Assembly (NCBI GenBank): GCA_041671485.1
Contig: JBAZBL010000007.1
Location: forward strand, 1 to 63,588
Source of the DNA: Minisyncoccota bacterium
GTDB taxonomy: Bacteria; Patescibacteriota; Minisyncoccia; Phycocordibacterales; PALSA-1337
Direction of reading: 5' to 3'
DNA length: 63,588 bases
The notes under the pieces are model-generated. The model saw only the letters and a list, made by a program, of their open reading frames with translations, did no database searches and was not told where the DNA came from. Numbering within the stretch: position 1 is the first letter of the stretch; every line of letters begins with the position of its first letter. Positions 37,357 to 45,387 of the stretch are shown piece after piece. A program made the translations under genes and the position numbers.

Positions 37357-39711
37357 TCATTTTGCTACTTTCACTGCTTCTTCAAATGCAATAGATAATA
37401 GTCGAGAAGCGCCGTCAGATCCCATTGTTATGCCATAGAGAACTCCAGCACGAGACATTGTTTCGCGATTGTGAGTTATGAGTATGAGTTGGGATCTTCT
37501 AGATAGATCTTCTATCATATCTCCATATTTCTTTGAATTTGCTTCATCGAGTGCTGCATCAGTTTCGTCCAGAATGATAAAAGGTGGAGGATTGACTTGG
37601 GATATTGCAAACAGTAATGCTATTGAAGTCAATGCCCTTTCGCCACCAGAGAGCATCATTAGTCCTTTGACCTTTTTCCTAGGCAGACTGACATTTACTT
37701 CTAGTCCCAAGTAACCTTCTTCTTGTATTTCATTTTCTTCATCAATACTATTTGCAATCCTCTCTTCAGACAATATTTCATCCAATTCCCCTATATCACT
37801 CTTTTTTCGTCTTTTTATTTCTCTTACTGCTTCCAATTCGGCCTTACCACCACCAAACATGAGTACAAAGAATTTTTGGAATTCAGCATTTATTTTCAAA
37901 ATACCACTTTTGAATTCAAAATCAATACGCAGATCGAGATCTGTTATCATTTTGAGCAATTCTAACTTTGCTTTCGCCAGATCCTCCAATTCTTTCCCTA
38001 GAAATACATCTCTTTCTTCTGTCTCTCTATATTCCTTCATGACTTCATTGCCACCATAGCCACCAGCATCCTCGAGACGTATCTTTAATTTCTCGATTTG
38101 TCTTCTACGACTTTCTTGCGCATCTCGATCTATTCGGTCGTTCCCGTCGCAGGCGGCGACAAGTGTCGAACGAGGCGAAGCCGAATGTGAGACACTTCGT
38201 CGCGCCGAGGAGGGAACGACCGACAATTGGTCGGCTGACGCATAATCTAACACTTCCCTACCAATAATAATTCCTGCCTCTCCCAAATCCCTCTTCATAG
38301 ATTCTTCATCATGAATCACTTTGTTTAACTCATTTGTAAGATCAGAGACTATATTTCGTAGTTCATTTTGTTTTGCAATTATTCTAAAAACATCTTTTTC
38401 TGCATCACGATTTGTATCTTTCTCTTTCTCTAGAGATTCTTTTAGACCCACATATTTGTCATTTATCTTCTTCTCTTCTTCTATTATAGATCTCAATTTC
38501 TTTTCCAATTCACCTTTATCTCTCTCCAATTTGCCAACTTCTTCTTTGAGATCTACATTGAAGAGTGAATCTATTACTGATTTGTGTTTACCGATAAATT
38601 CTTTGAGAGTCTTTATGATCTCAGAGAAGAGTTTCCTGGCATCATCAAAAATACTAAAGCTTTCGATATTTCGAACAACTTCTTCTAGGTCTTTCAAATA
38701 TACAGTTTTCGATTCTTCATTTTTTATTTTATAATTCTCTTTTTCAATTGCCCTTTTATTTGCATTTATCTCTCCTTCTATCCTTCCAACATCCCTCATT
38801 ATCTCTTCCTTTTTACTCCTTTCCTCTCTCAACCTTTTTTCGAGTTCTATCAATTCATGGCTTTTATTGTCTTTATTCTTAGAATTGGTAAGCACATCCT
38901 TTGCTTTTTCGAGTTCCTTTTCGAGAAAAGCAAGATCTTTCCTTGGCTCTGACAGTAGAGTGGTCAATCTCTCTTTCTCTGTTTTTACATAATAGTCTTC
39001 AATAGAAAAATATTCTTTGTATAGAGTAGTTAGCTCTTTGCGCATCTCTTCTGCTCTCTCTACTTTCTCAACTTGTTTTTTCAAGAATTTCAAATGTGGT
39101 GCAATCTCTCTTCGCAATGATTCTACTTGATTCATATTTTCTTCTGTCTTTTCGAGCTTCCTTAGGCTTTCAATCTTTTTCCATTGATATACCTTAAGAC
39201 CGAGTGCATCTTCTATGATCTCTCTCCTTTCTCTCGTAGAAGCAGAAAGCACCCTATCTGCCTCTCCTTGAGATATGATATGGTGTCCTGTTGCTCCGAC
39301 ATGAGCATTTGCCAATAATTCAGCGATATCTCTCAAACGGACTTGACTGCCATTTAGTAGATATTCATTGGAATTATCTCTATGTACTATCCTCTCGACC
39401 ATTACTTCATCAAAATCAATATCTTTGAATATTCTCCTAGAATTGTCGAAAGCAAGTTTTACATTTGCTCTATTTGCCCTCCCTGTACCCGATGAACTAT
39501 CTCCCCCTCCATTCCAGATCATATCTTCTCCCCTCTTGCCTCGAAGAGACTTGATAGACTGCTCTCCTAGTACAAACTGGAAAGCTTCTGCAATATTGGA
39601 CTTGCCCGAACCATTTGGTCCAACAATGCCAGTTATCGCTGAAGTAAAAGACAGCGACGATTTTTTGGCAAATGATTTGAAACCAGAAAGCTCAAGGGAT
39701 TTGAGATACAT
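37357..39711 (-). CDS. smc: SMC-like chromosome partition ATPase (short, 784 aa)
   Basis: N-terminal Walker A GPNGSGKSN, long coiled coils, C-terminal signature LSGGERALTSIALLFA and Walker B ILDETDAALD. Confidence 0.85.
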   Translation of the reverse strand: MYLKSLELSGFKSFAKKSSLSFTSAITGIVGPNGSGKSNIAEAFQFVLGEQSIKSLRGKRGEDMIWNGGGDSSSGTGRANRANVKLAFDNSRRIFKDIDFDEVMVERIVHRDNSNEYLLNGSQVRLRDIAELLANAHVGATGHHIISQGEADRVLSASTRERREIIEDALGLKVYQWKKIESLRKLEKTEENMNQVESLRREIAPHLKFLKKQVEKVERAEEMRKELTTLYKEYFSIEDYYVKTEKERLTTLLSEPRKDLAFLEKELEKAKDVLTNSKNKDNKSHELIELEKRLREERSKKEEIMRDVGRIEGEINANKRAIEKENYKIKNEESKTVYLKDLEEVVRNIESFSIFDDARKLFSEIIKTLKEFIGKHKSVIDSLFNVDLKEEVGKLERDKGELEKKLRSIIEEEKKINDKYVGLKESLEKEKDTNRDAEKDVFRIIAKQNELRNIVSDLTNELNKVIHDEESMKRDLGEAGIIIGREVLDYASADQLSVVPSSARRSVSHSASPRSTLVAACDGNDRIDRDAQESRRRQIEKLKIRLEDAGGYGGNEVMKEYRETEERDVFLGKELEDLAKAKLELLKMITDLDLRIDFEFKSGILKINAEFQKFFVLMFGGGKAELEAVREIKRRKKSDIGELDEILSEERIANSIDEENEIQEEGYLGLEVNVSLPRKKVKGLMMLSGGERALTSIALLFAISQVNPPPFIILDETDAALDEANSKKYGDMIEDLSRRSQLILITHNRETMSRAGVLYGITMGSDGASRLLSIAFEEAVKVAK
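38137..38221 (+). repeat. GC-rich palindromic element, copy 1, embedded in frame in smc
   Basis: ggtcgttccc...gggaacgacc outer stem, gacaagtgtc/gacacttcgtc inner stem, loop gaacgaggcgaagccgaatgtga. About 85 percent identical to copy 2. Confidence 0.8.
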
Positions 39712-39733
39712 GGCTATATTCTAGCATTTTCTC

Positions 39734-39759
39734 AAGAAAAAGCCCTCCAAAACGGAGGG
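39734..39759 (-). terminator. Terminator of the Cys-rich small gene
   Basis: Minus strand ccctcc-gtttt-ggaggg followed by cttttt. Confidence 0.7.
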
Positions 39760-39766
39760 TGTAATA

Positions 39767-40006
39767 TCATGAAAGTGTGATCAGTGAGATCAAAACACCG
39801 GTAGCTTGCTCACCAACAGTTCGGCATTTTTCGCATTGGCTGATATGCATTTGCATGCAACCAGCTATGATCCTAAGACCACACGGCGCCATCTCGCAAC
39901 ACGGAACGACATGCTCTGCCATCAACCCCCTTGCTCGATCCTCATGGCAAGAACAATGACATTCGTATAGATCACCTTCACTGCAACATTCAACAATAGA
40001 ATCCAT
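39767..40006 (-). CDS. Cys/His-rich 79-aa hypothetical protein (GC-rich cassette)
   Basis: 13 Cys including CC, CHCSC, CC and CxxC clusters. SD AAGGTG lies 5 nt upstream. The gene has its own terminator. Confidence 0.5.
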   Translation of the reverse strand: MDSIVECCSEGDLYECHCSCHEDRARGLMAEHVVPCCEMAPCGLRIIAGCMQMHISQCEKCRTVGEQATGVLISLITLS

Positions 40007-40066
40007 AATTCACCTTTCTTTGACTGCCTTCAATTCAGTGATAAATATAACACAGATAAAAGAAAA

Positions 40067-40765
40067 TCACCACCCCTTCACCTCGAGTGCCTTCTCTGCT
40101 GCTTTTTGTTCTGCCTCTTGTTTGGAAGGACCAGAACCAGTAGCGACTTGAACATCGCCTAGAAATACTCCCAAAGTGAATTGTTTATCATGGTCAGGAC
40201 CAATTTCCTTCAGAGTTCTATAAGATGGAGTAATACCCACTTTGTCTTGTGCAACTTCCTGGAAACGACTCTTTGCATCTATCCAAGTTTTGTTTTTGAC
40301 TATTTCTTCTATATCTATCGTGTTTAGCAAATGATTTGAGATAAAGTTGGCCGCAGCATTGTATCCACGATCTAGATATATAGCGCCTATTATTGCCTCT
40401 ACTGCATTGGCGAGAATAACGGAGCGGGCACGACCACCATCTTTGGCTTCACCTTTTGAAAGCAAAATGTAGTCATTCAAGTTTATAGATTGAGCAACTT
40501 TTGTGAGACTAACGGTATTCACGAGAGCAGAGCGGAATGCTGTTAGTTCACCTTCAGCTTTCTTTGTGTATTTCCTGAATAGGAAACTTGTCACTACCAA
40601 TTCCAATACTGCATCGCCTAGGAATTCTAGTCTTTCATTGTGTTCCATTCCAGAAACACGATTTTCATTCAAATAAGAGCGATGTGTACAAGCATTTTGC
40701 AAAAGCGAAATATCGTCAAATTCGACTCCTATTTTATCTGCAAATTCTTTGAAATCTGTTTTCAT
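40067..40765 (-). CDS. rnc: Ribonuclease III
   Basis: Signature ERLEFLGDAVL and a C-terminal dsRBD. Confidence 0.93.
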   Translation of the reverse strand: MKTDFKEFADKIGVEFDDISLLQNACTHRSYLNENRVSGMEHNERLEFLGDAVLELVVTSFLFRKYTKKAEGELTAFRSALVNTVSLTKVAQSINLNDYILLSKGEAKDGGRARSVILANAVEAIIGAIYLDRGYNAAANFISNHLLNTIDIEEIVKNKTWIDAKSRFQEVAQDKVGITPSYRTLKEIGPDHDKQFTLGVFLGDVQVATGSGPSKQEAEQKAAEKALEVKGW

Positions 40766-40791
40766 GTTTTTGTTTTTGATAATAGTTTATG

Positions 40792-40881
40792 TTTTCGTCG
40801 CGACCGTCGAGGCGGCGACAAATGTCGAACGAGCGAAGCGAATGTGAGACATTTAGTCGCGCCGAGGAGGGAGCGACGAAA
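40792..40881 (+). repeat. GC-rich palindromic element, copy 2 (intergenic, rnc/nusB)
   Basis: ttttcgtcgc...gcgacgaaaa outer stem, gacaaatgtc/gacatttagtc inner stem, loop gaacgagcgaagcgaatgtga. Confidence 0.8.
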
Positions 40882-40887
40882 AATCGA

Positions 40888-41790
40888 TCATGTTTCTCCT
40901 TTACCCAAAGTCGTAACTGCCTTTGTAACTATTGGCAGAATATCATTATAAAAGTTTAGGTCAAGGATATCGGAGAGTTTGAACCATTTTGCATCATCTA
41001 GCCCTGGCTTTTCGGCTAGTCTCAACTTCTGGAATGATGACTCTGTCAAATAATAATGAACTTGTTTTCTGATCTTACCCACTTCTGGATCATTTGCTAT
41101 ATATTCATTCTGGCCTAGATCTGCTATTACAGAAACATCGAGTCCTATCTCTTCTTTGACTTTGGCAATTGTTCCCTCTTTTGGATCTATACCTTCAGGA
41201 ATCTTGCCTTTGGAAAGAGTCCAATGACCAAATGCATCATGAACAAAGGCCATATATACGTCTTTGCCATCTCTTGCATATACGACAGCTCCACCCAAAT
41301 GCTGTATTGGCATCTCCTCATATGGTACTTCAACCTTCTTTTTCTTCATTGGCGAAGCATCTTTACCTGGTTCGCCCAATTCTTTATAAACTGCACCCAA
41401 AACACCATTTACAAATCTTCCACTTGTATCTCCTCCATATGTTTTTGCGAGTTCAATAGCTTCATTGATTGCTACTTTGGCTGGCACTTCTTCTCTGTCA
41501 GAAAAAAGGAGTTCATAGAGACCTATTCTCAAAACATTCCTGTCCACTGTCCCCACCTTATCGAGTGGCCAGTCTGGAGCAGCCTTCTCTATCACATGAT
41601 CGATTTCCTCTTGTTTTGCGACAATACCATTCATCAATTTGTCTACAAATGAAATATCAGTTATACCAGGAGCAAATTCTTTTATATTTCTAGATAATAT
41701 AGCTTCTAAATCTTTGTTTCTGCGACCACAAAAATCCCACTCAAATAAAGATTGTAAAACGATTGATCTTGATAGATGGCGATTGGCCAT
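40888..41790 (-). CDS. nusB: NusB antitermination factor fused to a C-terminal Nudix-like domain
   Basis: The N-terminal 140 aa are NusB-like (LRIGLYELLF...AINEAIELAK). The C-terminal 150 aa carry a degenerate Nudix box GKIPEGIDPKEGTIAKVKEEIGL. Confidence 0.75.
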   Translation of the reverse strand: MANRHLSRSIVLQSLFEWDFCGRRNKDLEAILSRNIKEFAPGITDISFVDKLMNGIVAKQEEIDHVIEKAAPDWPLDKVGTVDRNVLRIGLYELLFSDREEVPAKVAINEAIELAKTYGGDTSGRFVNGVLGAVYKELGEPGKDASPMKKKKVEVPYEEMPIQHLGGAVVYARDGKDVYMAFVHDAFGHWTLSKGKIPEGIDPKEGTIAKVKEEIGLDVSVIADLGQNEYIANDPEVGKIRKQVHYYLTESSFQKLRLAEKPGLDDAKWFKLSDILDLNFYNDILPIVTKAVTTLGKGET

Positions 41791-41835
41791 TGTGGTTAAA
41801 GAACTTTTATCACAACAAGTGTCTGACTAAAAAAT

Positions 41836-42057
41836 TTATTTGGCAGACTGTTCCTTTGCTTTTGCAACCTTTTTTGTGGCTTTTGCTGCGAGGTCAATGA
41901 CCTTTCTTCCATTATACCATCCACAATTCATACAGATAGTATGACTTTTGTGCATAGCCTTACAATTGGAACATGTAGAAACACGCACTGCTTTGAGTGC
42001 ATGATGTGATCTCCTATTACCGCGGTGCGAACGCGTTGCTCGCATTCTTACTACCAT
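41836..42057 (-). CDS. rpmF: 50S ribosomal protein L32
   Basis: RSHRGNRRSHHALK plus a C-x2-C...C-x2-C zinc ribbon. Start trimmed to MVVRMRAT. Confidence 0.85.
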   Translation of the reverse strand: MVVRMRATRSHRGNRRSHHALKAVRVSTCSNCKAMHKSHTICMNCGWYNGRKVIDLAAKATKKVAKAKEQSAK

Positions 42058-42297
42058 TCCAAAAAGTATTGCATAGTATATGGAAAGATGCAATGTTTGC
42101 ACTTTGAAAAAGTGGTTTAAAAAAGCCGCAAGACTTTGATCCTGCGGTGTAAAAGTGAGTTGGCATTAAGCCATAGCATATTAGCTCATTGCCTTTAATA
42201 GTTAAATGGCGTCTACTATGCCAAGGTATCCACAAAACTCGATTTGACAATTGGAGGTTGAGGGTATATGATACCCACATAACTATAAAAAAGACCC

Positions 42298-42816
42298 TTA
42301 TGCAGATACGTCTGCATCGGGGGCTTTTTTTATTTTGATAGTCTCAGAGAATTTGTGATAATGCTCATTAAGAAAAGTAATCTCAATATTCTTATTTCTC
42401 AATAAAAATGAACATCTATTCTCATCTGGAGCCAGTACACCTGCCAATGCAGAATTCCCCACAAGAAACTCTACAAGGCAACCGAAATCTCCGTCACCAG
42501 AAATCAAGATGCATTTATCGTATACCTTGGTGTAAAAATCAGAGACAGCCTTGAGTACCAGTTCAGCATCACAATTTCCTTTAATAATTCCGCTGACCGA
42601 TACCGTTTGCTTGAAAATCAGAACAAAACCACACTCCTGAAGATATTCATAAAATGTTGTCCTCGCTGGAACCAAGCCAATGAAAAGATACATATTGATT
42701 GCGTTGTACTTCTGACGAAGCCATCCACGGAATTTCTTATAATCAATCTCATAGCTGAGCTCTTTTGCCCCACGATATAAATTATTTCCATCAATATAAA
42801 TATTAATCTTTGGCAT
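42298..42816 (-). CDS. NYN-domain (LabA-like) putative RNase
   Basis: INIYIDGNNLY ... ISGDGDFGCLVE, the acidic motifs of the NYN/PIN-like fold. Confidence 0.7.
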   Translation of the reverse strand: MPKINIYIDGNNLYRGAKELSYEIDYKKFRGWLRQKYNAINMYLFIGLVPARTTFYEYLQECGFVLIFKQTVSVSGIIKGNCDAELVLKAVSDFYTKVYDKCILISGDGDFGCLVEFLVGNSALAGVLAPDENRCSFLLRNKNIEITFLNEHYHKFSETIKIKKAPDADVSA

Positions 42817-42842
42817 ATAACGATCTTAACATAGATAAACCG

Positions 42843-43337
42843 TTAAATTCTATAATTCTTTTTTAAAAAAATCGCCCTTTCCATAATCCTCTCGCCCACC
42901 TCACCCCAATCAAAATACTTTTTGTAGTCAGTTGGATCAATCAGCTTTATCTCCGTAACATCACCATCTGGATCCGAGATAAATGGTCCATAAGACTCTA
43001 CTAAACATACAGAGCGAGTTTGTCGCACTATTCGATCTGGTTCGTAGATGTCCTGATAACCAATAAATTTCTGGCTCAAAACCTTCATATTTGTTTCTTC
43101 TTTCACTTCTCGCACAACTGCTTCTTCGTATGTTTCTCCTTGTTCAATACCTCCTCCCGGTGGAGCCCAATATCCTTTCTCTGCTGAATAAACAACAACG
43201 AGTTTGCCATTACAGAAACAAAAAGCATGGACAGCTTGAAGTATTTTACCATCAAGATCTTTCAGTGGATCATCTTCACAGTAAACAAGATTGATCTTTT
43301 GACCTGAATGGTTGATGAGAGATGATTTGATTTTCAT
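42843..43337 (-). CDS. NUDIX hydrolase
   Basis: Nudix box GGGIEQGETYEEAVVREVKEETN. Confidence 0.85.
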   Translation of the reverse strand: MKIKSSLINHSGQKINLVYCEDDPLKDLDGKILQAVHAFCFCNGKLVVVYSAEKGYWAPPGGGIEQGETYEEAVVREVKEETNMKVLSQKFIGYQDIYEPDRIVRQTRSVCLVESYGPFISDPDGDVTEIKLIDPTDYKKYFDWGEVGERIMERAIFLKKNYRI

Positions 43338-43457
43338 TTAATTCACTCAAACATCTATTAATTATTTTTTATTAAACCTCCTGAAATAGGTATCAATCTC
43401 ATCACGAAGTTCAATTCCAACCCTCTCAAAGCAATCAAGTAAGTCTTTGTACATTCC

Positions 43458-43658
43458 CTAGCGATGTTTATCGACAGCCTCCTCAATTGCAGCCTTTAGA
43501 GTGATATCCATTACAAATGATAATCCGTATTCAACACTTTTTTTAGCAGTATATAGTTCATCATCATTCAATATTCTCCCGATTCTTCTAATCGCATCAT
43601 TCTGCAAATCTCCAACTGTTATCGGATAAATCACCGTCACATTGTTTTGAGTTTTCAT
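43458..43658 (-). CDS. Hypothetical 66-aa protein downstream of the restriction gene
   Basis: ORF 3 nt after the REase stop; no family recognised. Confidence 0.4.
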   Translation of the reverse strand: MKTQNNVTVIYPITVGDLQNDAIRRIGRILNDDELYTAKKSVEYGLSFVMDITLKAAIEEAVDKHR

Positions 43659-43661
43659 TTT

Positions 43662-44408
43662 TTATTTCTTAATTACTTTTTCAAAACTCGAATTGTAATC
43701 GACCAACTTTTCCCAATTGATTTTTCCATCATCACAAAAATTTTGTGAAAACTCTAGTGTAAGTTTATTTATTATTTGAGCATACTTCTCCATAAATTCC
43801 TCATTTCTCTCCTTTGCCTTGTAACCAATCGGCTCAACTATGTCAATATATAATTTTTTATTTCCAGAAATAAGTTCCCAGAATCTTTGTCCGCACAATT
43901 TCAAATAACCATTTTTATCAGGTTTATTATCTCTACCGAAACAACACCCATTAATAGCAACAACTTTTTTGCTAGTTTTTTTATGCAATAATTTTTTTGC
44001 ATTCTCAAAATTGATTTTAAGCTGACGGATTTGGCTTGAATTACCCCAGTTCCAGCCTGCTTTGATTTCAATAATATATACTATCCCATCTTTTTCAAAT
44101 TCCAGATCTATCCCTGTCAACTCTGATTTTTTAGCACCATATACTTTATCACAAACAAAAATCGCTAAACCCTCAATAAAGTCGCCAAAAAGTGTTTCCT
44201 CCTGAGATTGTAAAAAAGCATCTAAAAAGCCTTTGATCAAATCCTGGGCGGTTAATACATTCTTAGCCCTAAAAAGATATGGGTTTTTCTGTTTAAGAAT
44301 CTTGTACAAATCGACCTTATTTTGTACATAATCTAATCTCCTTTGGTGGAAGATTGAAATATGTTCCTCTACATATCCATGGACTTCTTGCAGGTTAAAT
44401 TTTTTCAT
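43662..44408 (-). CDS. Type II restriction endonuclease candidate (PD-(D/E)XK)
   Basis: Motif GIDLEF...YIIEIKAG (D...E-x-K). Start overlaps the methylase stop by 4 nt. Confidence 0.6.
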   Translation of the reverse strand: MKKFNLQEVHGYVEEHISIFHQRRLDYVQNKVDLYKILKQKNPYLFRAKNVLTAQDLIKGFLDAFLQSQEETLFGDFIEGLAIFVCDKVYGAKKSELTGIDLEFEKDGIVYIIEIKAGWNWGNSSQIRQLKINFENAKKLLHKKTSKKVVAINGCCFGRDNKPDKNGYLKLCGQRFWELISGNKKLYIDIVEPIGYKAKERNEEFMEKYAQIINKLTLEFSQNFCDDGKINWEKLVDYNSSFEKVIKK

Positions 44409-45253
44409 ACAGTTAATTTGTTATGAACGAATAAGGACGACTCTTTTTGTGCAATCTTCTTTTTAGCCATTTCAACGTATTCTGACATTATATCAATACC
44501 AATAGAATTACGTCCCATCTTTTGTGCAACTTCTGATGTGGTGCCAGAACCCAAAAATGGATCCAGAACAAAATCGTTTTCTCGAGTAAATAATTTGATA
44601 AACCATTCTGGTAACTCTTCCGGAAAAGCAGCACTGTGATTTTTGTTATTACAAACAGTTGCGAATTGCAAGACATTGCTAGGAAAAACCATGCTTCGTT
44701 TCAACCAATTGGAAATATTTTTACCAAACCCACTACCATTCTTAGAATTATCTCGTATTTTATCTGTTTCACTAAGATTTTTTAAACGTCCGTAAGCCCA
44801 ATCACCAACTGGTATCATTACTGATTCTTGGTACATATTAAAATCGCGTGCTTTATTAAATTGCAACACTCGTTCCCACGAATCACGAAAACGATTTGGC
44901 CATTTACCAGGATAACAATTTTTCTTATGCCAGATAAATTCTTCAGTCCATAACCAACCCTGCTTACGCAATGCTAAAATAAGTTCAAGTACATAGGTAC
45001 TACGCTCACCATTTTCTGCTTTTTCCTTGATATTTAAAATAAACGTACCAGTCGGCTTTAATACACGTAATAATTGTTCGCTAATAGGTAAAAACCACTC
45101 GACATATTTTTCAGTGCTAATACCGCCATAGGTATTTTTTCTTCTATCTGCATAAGGTGGTGATGTAACAATCAAGTCAATAAAATTATCATCAACTGTT
45201 TTAAGAATTTTCCGCGAATCACCAAGTAATATTTTTGTTGTTACATTAAGCAT
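44405..45253 (-). CDS. DNA methyltransferase, beta-class N4/N6 (SPPY)
   Basis: Catalytic motif TSPPYADRR is N-terminal and the SAM motif DPFLGSGTT is C-terminal. Confidence 0.85.
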   Translation of the reverse strand: MLNVTTKILLGDSRKILKTVDDNFIDLIVTSPPYADRRKNTYGGISTEKYVEWFLPISEQLLRVLKPTGTFILNIKEKAENGERSTYVLELILALRKQGWLWTEEFIWHKKNCYPGKWPNRFRDSWERVLQFNKARDFNMYQESVMIPVGDWAYGRLKNLSETDKIRDNSKNGSGFGKNISNWLKRSMVFPSNVLQFATVCNNKNHSAAFPEELPEWFIKLFTRENDFVLDPFLGSGTTSEVAQKMGRNSIGIDIMSEYVEMAKKKIAQKESSLFVHNKLTV

Positions 45254-45387
45254 AATTGTATTATAACATTCTTGTATCTATGAAATACTCAACCAATTAA
45301 GGAATAAACTTACCTTTGTATTGAACCATTTTTCGCCATGCTTTGTAAAGATAGAGTTCGTTAACAATCTAAAAGCGGAAAAACAAT

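Noticed and set aside
43340-43440. 29-codon ORF MYKDLLDCFERVGIELRDEIDTYFRRFNKK between the 66-aa ORF and the NUDIX gene
   Set aside because: It is too short to support as a feature on sequence alone, so it is only mentioned within the operon finding.
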